A stretch of 64,000 bases of DNA, from assembly GCA_963818475.1 (NCBI GenBank), contig CAWFSF010000003.1:128001-192000 (forward strand), read 5' to 3'. Below are positions 1-8,629 of the stretch, piece by piece. The stretch is from Nitrospirota bacterium (GTDB lineage Bacteria; Nitrospirota; UBA9217). How positions within the stretch are numbered: position 1 is the stretch's first letter; each line of letters begins with the position of its first letter. The notes below the pieces were generated by a model. It was not told the DNA's origin. It was given only the letters and a program-made list of their open reading frames with translations, and searched no databases. A program made the translations under genes and the position numbers.

Positions 1-61
1 GCGGTCATATATCATGCGGTCATTTTGTCGTTGGGGCGCAGCCGCTCACCCCGGCATAGAT

Positions 62-3000
62 TCATGCTGCTCGGCCTCCTACATTCCTCTTCCCGATAAC
101 ATACTCGCACTGTTCACACCCATCCAGCTTCACTTCCTCATCCTTCCCCGTCATGAACCGCTGATACAGGAACGACACCAGGATCAGCACCGCGGCGAGG
201 CCGACGAAGGACGCCACGCGGTAGAGCTGCCCCAGCCGCCAGAGGTCCATGAAGAAGATCTTGACCGTGGTCCCGACCATCAGGATCAGCGCGGCCCAGC
301 GCACCTTGCTGGTCTGCCACTTGATGCCGACGACGAGCAGCCCGATGCTGTAGAGCAGCCAGCTCAGGCTGTAGGCAAGCTGGTGCGCCAGGTTGTCATG
401 GGTCTCGAGGCTGAAGCTCCGTCCCGTCTCAATGAAGACGCTCGATATCTCTATGTTCAGCACGCAGAACGTGACCACGGCCAGCAGCACGCCCCAGAAG
501 GCACGCAGCGTGGGAGAGATAAAGGGCCATTGCTGCTGCGGCCGATTCAGGGTGAGCGCTATAAGGACAATAACGATCGCCAGGTACAGAAGCGACGGCG
601 TGTTCACGAGCGGCGTCATGGCGCCGAATGCGGCGCTGTACAGGAACGGATAGGTCAGCGCCTTGACGAGCCCAGCGAGGACGAGCACCACGCCGGCGAT
701 CCGGAAGGGCCGGTCCAGTCCGCGCGGCCAGTACAAGAGCCCCAAACCGTAGGCAAGCCAGCCTGCTGCCGAGCCCACTGCCATGTTCGAAGACTGATTG
801 AAGAAGAACCGGAAGGGCTGGCCTGGCTGCACGATGGAGCTCATCTGGATCTTCACGGCCACGAAGCCGGTCAGGAGCAGCAGCAATACAAGCAGATTGT
901 AGAGGTCCCGCGAGGTCTGCTGCTTCAGTTCCAGACGCACCAGCAGGGCAAGCACGACCAGCGCGTACAAATACGCCGGAAGGCCGAGGTTCAGAAAGGG
1001 CGACATTGCCGGCACGAAGGCTGGGAAAAGCACAGGGAGAACGAGCAGAAAGCCCGTGCCGATGCAGAGAAGGATGAGCCCGGCGTGGCGCATGACGGAC
1101 GTGATCTTCAGCCGTGACCAGATCAGGCCGCCGTAGGTCAGCCAGACCAAGGCGTAGCATATTGCCTGCACGGCATCAGGACCCGGTGCGATGCGGAAGA
1201 GCTGATCCGTCTCGGCAAAGATGTCCGCGATGGCAAGGTTCAGCAGGAAGAACCCGCTGCCCACTGCAAGCCAGCGGAAATACTCCGGCAGGTCAGCGTC
1301 CTTGAGCTTCCGGTCCGGGAAGCCGCTGAGCGGCACGCTGAATGCGAGCGCCGCGACCGCGCCGGCAACAGCCAGCACCGCTGCGTTCAGGATCGCCATG
1401 TCGCCTGCATGCTTCATCTGCGGCAGGGCGAAGAACAGGAGCAGCAGCCCGATGGGCGCCATGAACGATGCAACCCAGCGCAGGCCCTCGTGCACCACTC
1501 TGCGATTAAGCCAGAGCAGCAGCATGGACTCGATCACGAGCGTGAGGCCGATCCAGCCCTGGTCGAGCAGCATCACCGGGACCGAAGAGATATAGAAGAG
1601 CAGCACGCCGCCGTGGAAGGCGAGCACGGCGTTCCGTTCGGGCCGGTCCTTGAGCCGCGACTGCAGCATGGCCACGGCCGGCAGCTTCACCACAGCCAGC
1701 ACGAGCGGCAGCCACCCGCTCGTCTCGCGCGGCCAGATGTGGTCCGCAGCCCAGATGGCGAAGAGCCCCTGCGCTACCTCGAAGAGCGCCCAGGCCATCC
1801 AGAGGCGCGACCATTTTTCGATGGACCGGAAGAAGAGGAAGGGCGCGATGACCGCGACGACGAAGAACGCCGCTGACCAGAGGAAGCCGACGACATGCAG
1901 GTCCACCGACAGATCGGGCCGGAACGCCCATGCCGCCTGGCTGACGAGCGACGACAAGAGGACCACCATGCCCATGACCGGCGCGGAGAGCCGCCGGCTG
2001 AGGAAGATGCTCAAGGCCAGGAAGCAGGCGAGCGTGACCATGCCGGGTTCGGGATGGAGCGGCCTCTGCAGCCAGAAGGAGGCGGCAAGGAGGATGAAGA
2101 CGGCCGATGCGGGGAAAGCGGAGAGCCATTCCGTCACCACGGGTCCGGCGGTCCACGCGGCGGCATCCGGAGCGTCCTTTGTCAGCGCGGCCCGCCAGTC
2201 GTTCATTTTCTTGAAGGCGTAGACCATGGCGAGCGCCGTGGCCGCTCCGGCGAACAGCAGGAACCCGAAGAAGACCGGGCTGCCGAGCTCCGGCGGAACG
2301 CGGAAGAGCCAGGTGAGTCCGCAGGCAAGGAAGAACAGCACGAGGAGGCCGGCCTGCAACAGCGCGCCGAAGATGAGGCTGATCATGATGCCCATGACCT
2401 GCAGTACCAGGATCACGGGCCAGAGCCAGAAGGCTATATCCTGCTCCTTCATCACAATGGCGAGCAGCATCACGCCAAGGGCCACGGGAAAGACGCGGAA
2501 CCATCCCAGGTTCACCTTGTCGAGCCCGTAGCGGCGGATGAGCAGCACCGGCCCCAGGCCGCCTGCGGTCCCGTACAGCAGAAGGCCGAGAAAACCCCAG
2601 GACAGAGTGCGGGGATCGAAACGGAGCCAGGTCCAGAGGAAGGCGACCACGAACATGATCGCGCCGTACGGGACGACCCCGCCAAACCATCTGCGGTCGC
2701 GGAAGGCGAGCACCACGCTTCCTGCCATGCCGAAGATCGCGATCAGGAGCGGACCGATACCATCCCTGTCCAGGAGCAGGAGCGCGGTAAGGGCGGCCGA
2801 AAGATAGAGCGTGATGCCGGACCAGAGCAGGACCTGCGAGAGCTCCCATTTCGCGGCCCGGTCGAGAAAATAGCTGAAGAGGGCCAGGTTGGCCATGAAG
2901 ACCCCGGCGATCTCAATGCTCTCGGGATTGATGCGTCCGGAGAAGGCCGCGAGGAACAGCGTAGCAAGCGTCCCCACGGTCGCGATGAACAGCAAGAGCC

Positions 3001-4048
3001 CCGAACGCAGTCGCTGCACGACCTGGAAAAGACCAACGTTCACCACGGCGAGGTAGACGAAGAGCCCGATGAGGCTGCCTTGGCCGGTGCTTACCAGGAT
3101 AGGCGTCAGGTACGCGCCGAGCGCTCCGAGCACCGAGATGGGGATGCCGCGGAAAAAGACGGCTAGCACGAAGGCGGTTGCGGAAACGATCGTCAGCAGG
3201 CCGAAGCCGACTGGATTGGACAGGTAATGGTAGTAGAGCGTGGCCGCGAATACGACGCTGTACAGCACGCCGATGCCGCCCGCGCCGAGGGTATGGCGCA
3301 GCACGGAGAACCGTTCCTTGTTGATGCGGGCCGACCAGATGATCAGCGCCAGGCCGATGCACGGCGCTGACGGCCAGCCGGAGCGCCGGCGGGAATGAGG
3401 TTCCGGTCGATGGAATACTTGACGAAGAACCCGGCGCCGATGAAGAGCGCGAGCCCGCCGAGCCCGGCGAAGAGCTTGACGCCGGTGAAGAGCTCCCAGT
3501 CCACGTTCGCCTTGAACTGCTTCCCAGCGGTCCAGCAGGCTCGGACCGGACGGAACCGACGGCTCGGCAGCCACCGATGAAAGATCGACCCGCGCGGCAG
3601 CGGCATATGCAGGCGCGAGAGGAAGTGTGATCGCTGGTGACTCTTCTTCCTCCGGCGTTTCCGGCGCAGAGGGAGGATAGGACCCTTCGGGCAATCCGGA
3701 CGGCGTTAGTGTTATCGGAGGCGGCTCCACCTCGGGTCCTTCAGGCATTGGCGACGGAGGAGGAACAGGAGATGCGGGCGGTACCACGGGAGGGGGAGGC
3801 ATCTCGACAGCGCGTGAGACAGACGCGACCGGTCTTTTCATCGCCTCGGCCCGCTCCGCTGCGCTTTCCCGCCGCGGCGCAGCCGCGGCCGCTCTCAGCT
3901 CCGCGATCTCCCGCTTGAGCTTCTCAACGTGCGTCTCCAGGTCGCGTCGGATATTGATGGAGCGGATGAACAGAACTACGACACCGACGACCAGGAAGAA
4001 CAGACACCATTCGTTATGCACTATTGCCTCCTCTGACGACAATACCAT
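62..4048 (-). CDS. DUF2339-family large polytopic membrane protein, with two compensating frameshifts near 3385-3525
   Basis: Many TM helices and a Pro-rich N-terminal linker. The typical N-terminal motif WELFTGVKLFAGLGGLALFIGAGFFVKYSI lies in the alternative frame (ORF 3343..3606). C-terminus is KIFFMDLWRLGQLYRVASFVGL. Confidence 0.8.
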   Translation of the reverse strand: MVLSSEEAIVHNEWCLFFLVVGVVVLFIRSINIRRDLETHVEKLKREIAELRAAAAAPRRESAAERAEAMKRPVASVSRAVEMPPPPVVPPASPVPPPSPMPEGPEVEPPPITLTPSGLPEGSYPPSAPETPEEEESPAITLPLAPAYAAAARVDLSSVAAEPSVPSGPSLLDRWEAVQGERGLGALHRRQALRRARRARALHRRRVLRQVFHRPEPHSRRRSGWPSAPCIGLALIIWSARINKERFSVLRHTLGAGGIGVLYSVVFAATLYYHYLSNPVGFGLLTIVSATAFVLAVFFRGIPISVLGALGAYLTPILVSTGQGSLIGLFVYLAVVNVGLFQVVQRLRSGLLLFIATVGTLATLFLAAFSGRINPESIEIAGVFMANLALFSYFLDRAAKWELSQVLLWSGITLYLSAALTALLLLDRDGIGPLLIAIFGMAGSVVLAFRDRRWFGGVVPYGAIMFVVAFLWTWLRFDPRTLSWGFLGLLLYGTAGGLGPVLLIRRYGLDKVNLGWFRVFPVALGVMLLAIVMKEQDIAFWLWPVILVLQVMGIMISLIFGALLQAGLLVLFFLACGLTWLFRVPPELGSPVFFGFLLFAGAATALAMVYAFKKMNDWRAALTKDAPDAAAWTAGPVVTEWLSAFPASAVFILLAASFWLQRPLHPEPGMVTLACFLALSIFLSRRLSAPVMGMVVLLSSLVSQAAWAFRPDLSVDLHVVGFLWSAAFFVVAVIAPFLFFRSIEKWSRLWMAWALFEVAQGLFAIWAADHIWPRETSGWLPLVLAVVKLPAVAMLQSRLKDRPERNAVLAFHGGVLLFYISSVPVMLLDQGWIGLTLVIESMLLLWLNRRVVHEGLRWVASFMAPIGLLLLFFALPQMKHAGDMAILNAAVLAVAGAVAALAFSVPLSGFPDRKLKDADLPEYFRWLAVGSGFFLLNLAIADIFAETDQLFRIAPGPDAVQAICYALVWLTYGGLIWSRLKITSVMRHAGLILLCIGTGFLLVLPVLFPAFVPAMSPFLNLGLPAYLYALVVLALLVRLELKQQTSRDLYNLLVLLLLLTGFVAVKIQMSSIVQPGQPFRFFFNQSSNMAVGSAAGWLAYGLGLLYWPRGLDRPFRIAGVVLVLAGLVKALTYPFLYSAAFGAMTPLVNTPSLLYLAIVIVLIALTLNRPQQQWPFISPTLRAFWGVLLAVVTFCVLNIEISSVFIETGRSFSLETHDNLAHQLAYSLSWLLYSIGLLVVGIKWQTSKVRWAALILMVGTTVKIFFMDLWRLGQLYRVASFVGLAAVLILVSFLYQRFMTGKDEEVKLDGCEQCEYVIGKRNVGGRAA

Positions 4049-4132
4049 CCGTTCCAGCCTGCTCAGCCTGTTACAGGCAGAACCTCAGGTGTCTACAATG
4101 TTTATGTTCCCTATGCCGCGCCTTTGTGTGCT

Positions 4133-4474
4133 TCAACACGCAGCCGCACCCGCTCCATTCGCCTGCCCGATCAGGGGCGGCATCTGACGGATGCGGGAGT
4201 TGAGCGTCGGCTGTTTGCCGAATAAGCCTTGCCCTTCTGCTGCCATTTTTAGTTCGTCATCCTCGCGCACGCGGGGATCCAGAGAATTTCCTGAAGAGTC
4301 CCTGGATTCCCGATCAGGTCGGGAATGACGGCTTAAAGAATTATTTGTAAGCCAATCAGCAAAGGTTTCGGGCTTATGAAAGAAGTTGACCGCTTTCGCG
4401 TCTTGAACAGCCCACCCTGCCACCAGCATGCGGTCGATCCGTTCGCGGGCTATGTCTTCGGGGCCAAGGGGCAT
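4133..4474 (-). pseudogene. Internally deleted N-terminal remnant of a type I restriction subunit (EcoEI/HsdR-like)
   Basis: MPLGPEDIARERIDRMLVAGWAVQD...FHKPETFADWL...TLNSRIRQMPPL resembles HsdR N-terminal segments. The nuclease core and helicase are absent. Confidence 0.6.
4255..4330. repeat. Palindromic REP/RPE-like element (CGTCAT...GGATCCAG / CTGGATTCCC...ATGACG)
   Basis: Two opposed hairpin units. Same family as the elements at 16892-17038. Confidence 0.75.
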
Positions 4475-4671
4475 GCATTCATCCTTAAATACATAACGAG
4501 CGTAAAAACATTGTGCAAACACGAAATTACAGGAAATAGCCGCAAAAGGCAAGGGCAATGAACCTTCCGAAGACAGAAGGCGACCCCTGTTGCAAGCTTC
4601 ATGACAAATTGATGGGGATGGAAAGGGAACCTCGACACTATGTTGCAGGATTGTAGTTGGTTTTTCACTTT

Positions 4672-4698
4672 CTGTCACCTGTCAAAAGTGACAGGTGT
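4672..4698. repeat. 27-bp palindromic motif CTGTCACCTGTCaaaagtGACAGGTGT, copy 1
   Basis: 25/27 identical to 29246..29272, with an internal inverted repeat CACCTGTC/GACAGGTG. Confidence 0.7.
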
Positions 4699-4945
4699 TG
4701 TTAGAGATGAATTATTCGGTTACTGGATGTGAATTCATGGGTCAGAGGTACTGGGATTGCACGGCTTCCGAAGTATAAGGCTCCTACTTATGCATGCAAA
4801 TTACCCGTGCATGACCACGCTCTCGACCCTCCCTTGACAGCCTTCACGCCCGGTGCTAGCTTTAAACCACAATATTACCGGCCTTCTCGCGAGGAAAGCG
4901 TCGGAGTACCGCGGGTTTCCTGCACAGGGACTGCGGAGAGATAAG

Positions 4946-4990
4946 AACCGGACTGCTAAAGGATGAAACTTTGGTAGCCGGTTTTTTGTT
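4946..4990 (+). terminator. Hairpin plus U-tract upstream of osmC (terminator or attenuator-like)
   Basis: AACCGGACTGCTAAAG...CTTTGGTAGCCGGTT followed by a T-rich tail. Confidence 0.45.
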
Positions 4991-5050
4991 TTCAATGTGA
5001 GGAAGTAATTCCACCAATATGCGGCATAGCCAGAAAGAAGGAGGTGCACC

Positions 5051-5491
5051 ATGTTAGTACGCAGATCAACTGCAATGTGGGAAGGCGGCCTGAAGAACGG
5101 CAAGGGGACCATGAAGATCGGTTCGGGCGCATACGAAGGAAAATATTCCTTTGCCTCGCGGTTCGAACAGGGAGTGGGGACCAATCCCGAGGAACTGATC
5201 GGAGCGGCCCACGCCGGATGCTTCTCCATGTTCCTGTCCATGGTCCTGGAGCAGGCAGGCTTCAAGCCCGAACGCATTGACACGACCGCCCGGGTGACCC
5301 TTGATAAATTGCCCGAGGGTTTCAAGATCACGACGATCGATCTGGAGACCGAAGGCAGGGTGCCGGGCATTGACGAAAATACGTTCCAGGAAAAGGCCGA
5401 AGCAGCCAAGAAGGGATGCCCTGTTTCCATGGCGCTGACCGGCGTTGAGGTCAAACTCCGGGCGCGGCTCGCAGCTGCGAAAGCCGCCTGA
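5051..5491 (+). CDS. osmC: OsmC-family peroxiredoxin
   Basis: Motifs GTNPEELIGAAHAGCFSM and AKKGCPVSMAL; GGAGG RBS. Confidence 0.95.
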   Translation: MLVRRSTAMWEGGLKNGKGTMKIGSGAYEGKYSFASRFEQGVGTNPEELIGAAHAGCFSMFLSMVLEQAGFKPERIDTTARVTLDKLPEGFKITTIDLETEGRVPGIDENTFQEKAEAAKKGCPVSMALTGVEVKLRARLAAAKAA

Positions 5492-5565
5492 CGTGCTTGC
5501 GCGGTGAAAACGACCTGACCACCCTGTTTGACAAATATTCTTGCGATGAAAGGAGTGTGAGAACC

Positions 5566-5979
5566 GTGAAACAGAGTACAAAAAGCATAGTGATGATCCT
5601 TGGGCTTTTCCTGGCGACCGCGTTGTTTAGCTGCGGCGGCGGTGGCGGTGGCGGATACGGCGGCGGCACACCGGCAACGTCCACGGTAACGGTTGTGGCC
5701 TGTCCTGTCAGCGATACCACCAACATAGCGATCGTGGACAGCTCGGCTTCGGGCTTTAATCCGGGCAGCGTGACCGTGCCGATCAATACCACGGTGAAGT
5801 GGACCAACAATGATGGAGTACAACACACGGTGACCAGCACGACTGTGCCGCCCAATGGCACATTCGATGCGACGGTGAATCCCGGCGTATCGGTCTGTCT
5901 GAAGTTCTCCGCAGCGGGCGCGTTTAACTATCATTGTTCAATTCATACCGTCATGCTGGGATTGGTGACGGTACAATAA
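5566..5979 (+). CDS. Cupredoxin (plastocyanin/azurin-like) lipoprotein
   Basis: Lipobox LFSC followed by a Gly run, WTNNDGVQHTVTS, and a type-1 copper loop YHCSIHTVM. Start chosen from the AGGAG RBS. Confidence 0.85.
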   Translation: MKQSTKSIVMILGLFLATALFSCGGGGGGGYGGGTPATSTVTVVACPVSDTTNIAIVDSSASGFNPGSVTVPINTTVKWTNNDGVQHTVTSTTVPPNGTFDATVNPGVSVCLKFSAAGAFNYHCSIHTVMLGLVTVQ

Positions 5980-6269
5980 GACGGGCTCTGTGATTATAAC
6001 GTCGCTGCGGCTGTTCGGGCGCGGGCTGGAGAACACGCTGCCGGCATGCAACTCCTGAGACGTCCGCGCCCTCTTTTCGAAAAGCAAAGCGGAAAGCAGG
6101 ATAAGACAGACTCCTAAAATGATTACAGAGAGGAGGTGAAAAGGCAGTCTCAGGGATAAAAAGTTATCAGGAGCATGAATAAAGTCGGAAGAACTTTCGA
6201 AATATCTGCTACGTATGCATTTTAAAACTAAGCCTGAAAATTTTCCAAATCGCAGAAGGAGGATTTACC

Positions 6270-6707
6270 ATGAAAAAGATATTGGTGTTTGCTGCAGTAA
6301 TTATCTCCGCCACGGTTCTGACGCTCTCCATTGGGGTCAATTTCACCCAGGCGGCAGAAAAGATGATGGACAAAGATACGACGATGAAACATGGCGATAT
6401 GATGATGGAAAAGGGACAGATGATGATGGACAAGGGCAAAATGATGAAGGAAGGCATGATGGATAAGGACGCGATGATGAAAGAGGGCGACATGTTGATG
6501 AACGAAGGAAAGATGATGGAGAAGAACGGCAAAATGATGAAGGACAAGAAGATGATACAGGATGGAAAGATGATGATGAAGGACGGGAAGATGATGAAGG
6601 AAGGCAAGATGGAGAAGGACATGATGATGAAACAGGGCGACATGATGATGAAAGAAGGAGAAATGATGATGGATAAAGGCAAAAAGATGAAGGGAGAAAC
6701 GATGTGA
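6270..6707 (+). CDS. Secreted methionine-rich low-complexity protein (MxKD/EG-type repeats)
   Basis: Signal peptide ending TQA-AE, then repeats such as MMMDKGKMMKEG; GGAGG RBS. Confidence 0.85.
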   Translation: MKKILVFAAVIISATVLTLSIGVNFTQAAEKMMDKDTTMKHGDMMMEKGQMMMDKGKMMKEGMMDKDAMMKEGDMLMNEGKMMEKNGKMMKDKKMIQDGKMMMKDGKMMKEGKMEKDMMMKQGDMMMKEGEMMMDKGKKMKGETM

Positions 6708-6796
6708 AGCAACGATCCATCAGCGGGAAGTGTCGCATGCGGACTTAAATGAAAAGGAAAAGCTCGCTTGTTTATTGAGAAAGGGAAGGGCAGGCC

Positions 6797-8422
6797 GTGA
6801 AGATGCGCGGAACGCCGGGAGTTTTCATCGGAGCACTGGTCGGAGCATTGCTGACCGCGGCGCTGATCGCTGTTTTTTACGCGGGCTGGCGGCTTGCGGA
6901 CCTGCCCTTCGTCCCCTTTGACGTGTTCGACTGGACGGCACGGGTGCTGCCGGGAGCGCTCATCGAATTTGTCATCAGCGCCATGGTGGCAGCCATTCGC
7001 GGGCTGCACCTGGGCCCCACTTCGGTAGTCGCCAAGATCATTGAGCAGGCGATGGGGATCGCCGGCCTGTTCGCCACCGGCGTCGCTGCCGGCGCGGTTC
7101 TCTTCGGCGTGCTGCGCGCGCTGCGCGGCCGGTACGCATACGTGTCGGGTTTGTTCCTCGGATTGATGGCGGCCGTTCCCGCCGTGCTCGTCAGTTCCTT
7201 TCTCGGTAAGACAGCCGCAGCCCCGCCTTTGGCCGGCGCGCTCTGGATCCTGTTCGTCTTCAGCTCCTGGGGGCTGGCGATCGGCTGGGCTTATCTGTGG
7301 CTTGCCGTTTTCAGCGCTTCCACGGGACCGGGCACGGACCTGGAACCCTCTGTCCAGCGGGTCAACCGGCGTCAATTCCTGATCCGGCTTGCGGGGTACA
7401 CGGCGACCATCACGGTCTCCGGTGCACTGGTGGGGCTTCTGTCGGAGCGCCACAGCAGGATGAAACTGGAGAGCCTGATGCCCTGGTCCGCAACGCACGC
7501 CCTGCCGAACGCCGGCGCCGCTCTCAAGCCCGCGCCCGGCACGCGGCCCGAATACACCCCACTGGAGCGGCACTACCGCATTGACATCAACACGACCTCG
7601 CCGAAGATCGACGCCATGATGTGGCGGCTCAAGATCGAAGGACTGGTCGAAAAGCCGCTGTCCTTCACGCTGGACGAGCTCCGGCGCTATGAACCCATGC
7701 ACCAGTTCGTCACGTTGTCCTGCATCTCGAACCCGGTGGGCGGCGATCTTATCGGCACGACCCGCTGGACCGGCGTCAGCCTGAAAAGCTTCCTGAAAGA
7801 CCTCGGCCTGAAGCCCGGCGCCACGCACTTGAAGATCAGCTCGGCTGACGGGTTCTTTGAGATCGTGCCCCTGGAAACGGTTATGGCCGACGAAAGGGTG
7901 ATGCTGGCCTACGCCTGGGACGGGGTGCCGCTGCATGAGGATCACGGCTTTCCGCTGCGCATCTACATTCCGGACCTGCACGGGATGAAGCAGCCCAAAT
8001 GGATCGAGTCCATCGAGGCAATGGACCATTGGGAGCCGGGCTACTGGGTGGTCCGCGGCTGGGACAAGGTCGCAAGGATGAAGGCAACGTCGGTGATCGA
8101 CACCATCGCCGTGGACATGACCATCATCAGCGCTGATCAGCAAAAACTGGTGCCGATCGGCGGCATCGCCCACGCGGGTGCCCGTGGCATCTCGAAGGTC
8201 GAAGTCCGGGTCGATGACGGCCCCTGGCAGGGGGCTGCGATCAGAACTCCGCTGTCGCAAACAACGTGGGTGCTCTGGCGCTATGACTGGCCGTTCCAGC
8301 CGGGCAAACATACCTTCACGGTGCGCTGTTATGACGGGAGCAGCGCTCAGCAGATCGTTCAGGAAATGCCGCCTGCCCCGAGCGGTGCGTCCGGACTGTT
8401 CAACAAAGTCCAGAAATTCTGA
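6797..8422 (+). CDS. Sulfite-oxidase-family molybdopterin oxidoreductase with N-terminal membrane domain (MsrP/YuiH-like)
   Basis: Motifs TLSCISN (Mo-ligand Cys), HGFPLRIYIPDLHGMKQPKW and GYWVVRGW, plus a C-terminal dimerisation domain. Internal NRRQFL twin-arginine motif. Confidence 0.9.
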   Translation: MKMRGTPGVFIGALVGALLTAALIAVFYAGWRLADLPFVPFDVFDWTARVLPGALIEFVISAMVAAIRGLHLGPTSVVAKIIEQAMGIAGLFATGVAAGAVLFGVLRALRGRYAYVSGLFLGLMAAVPAVLVSSFLGKTAAAPPLAGALWILFVFSSWGLAIGWAYLWLAVFSASTGPGTDLEPSVQRVNRRQFLIRLAGYTATITVSGALVGLLSERHSRMKLESLMPWSATHALPNAGAALKPAPGTRPEYTPLERHYRIDINTTSPKIDAMMWRLKIEGLVEKPLSFTLDELRRYEPMHQFVTLSCISNPVGGDLIGTTRWTGVSLKSFLKDLGLKPGATHLKISSADGFFEIVPLETVMADERVMLAYAWDGVPLHEDHGFPLRIYIPDLHGMKQPKWIESIEAMDHWEPGYWVVRGWDKVARMKATSVIDTIAVDMTIISADQQKLVPIGGIAHAGARGISKVEVRVDDGPWQGAAIRTPLSQTTWVLWRYDWPFQPGKHTFTVRCYDGSSAQQIVQEMPPAPSGASGLFNKVQKF

Positions 8423-8629
8423 GGTCTCCGGCCGGAGGTGATGCAGTGCACCGGGCGCATCGAGCCGCGCTTTACGACTGTCTGAGCCGGCAGGGCGAGT
8501 TTCCGAAATGTACCGGGGACGACCAGGCATGGCGTATGCGCCATGGGGGGAGAGCGCAGGTTACAGAAGGCCACGGTGACCAAACGGTCGCCGTGGCCTT
8601 GGGTGCGTTGCTCGAACGGGTTGTTGTAA

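Noticed and set aside
6209-8530. 773-aa minus-strand ORF and other long antisense ORFs
   Set aside because: GC-rich or low-complexity shadows of well-supported genes on the other strand.
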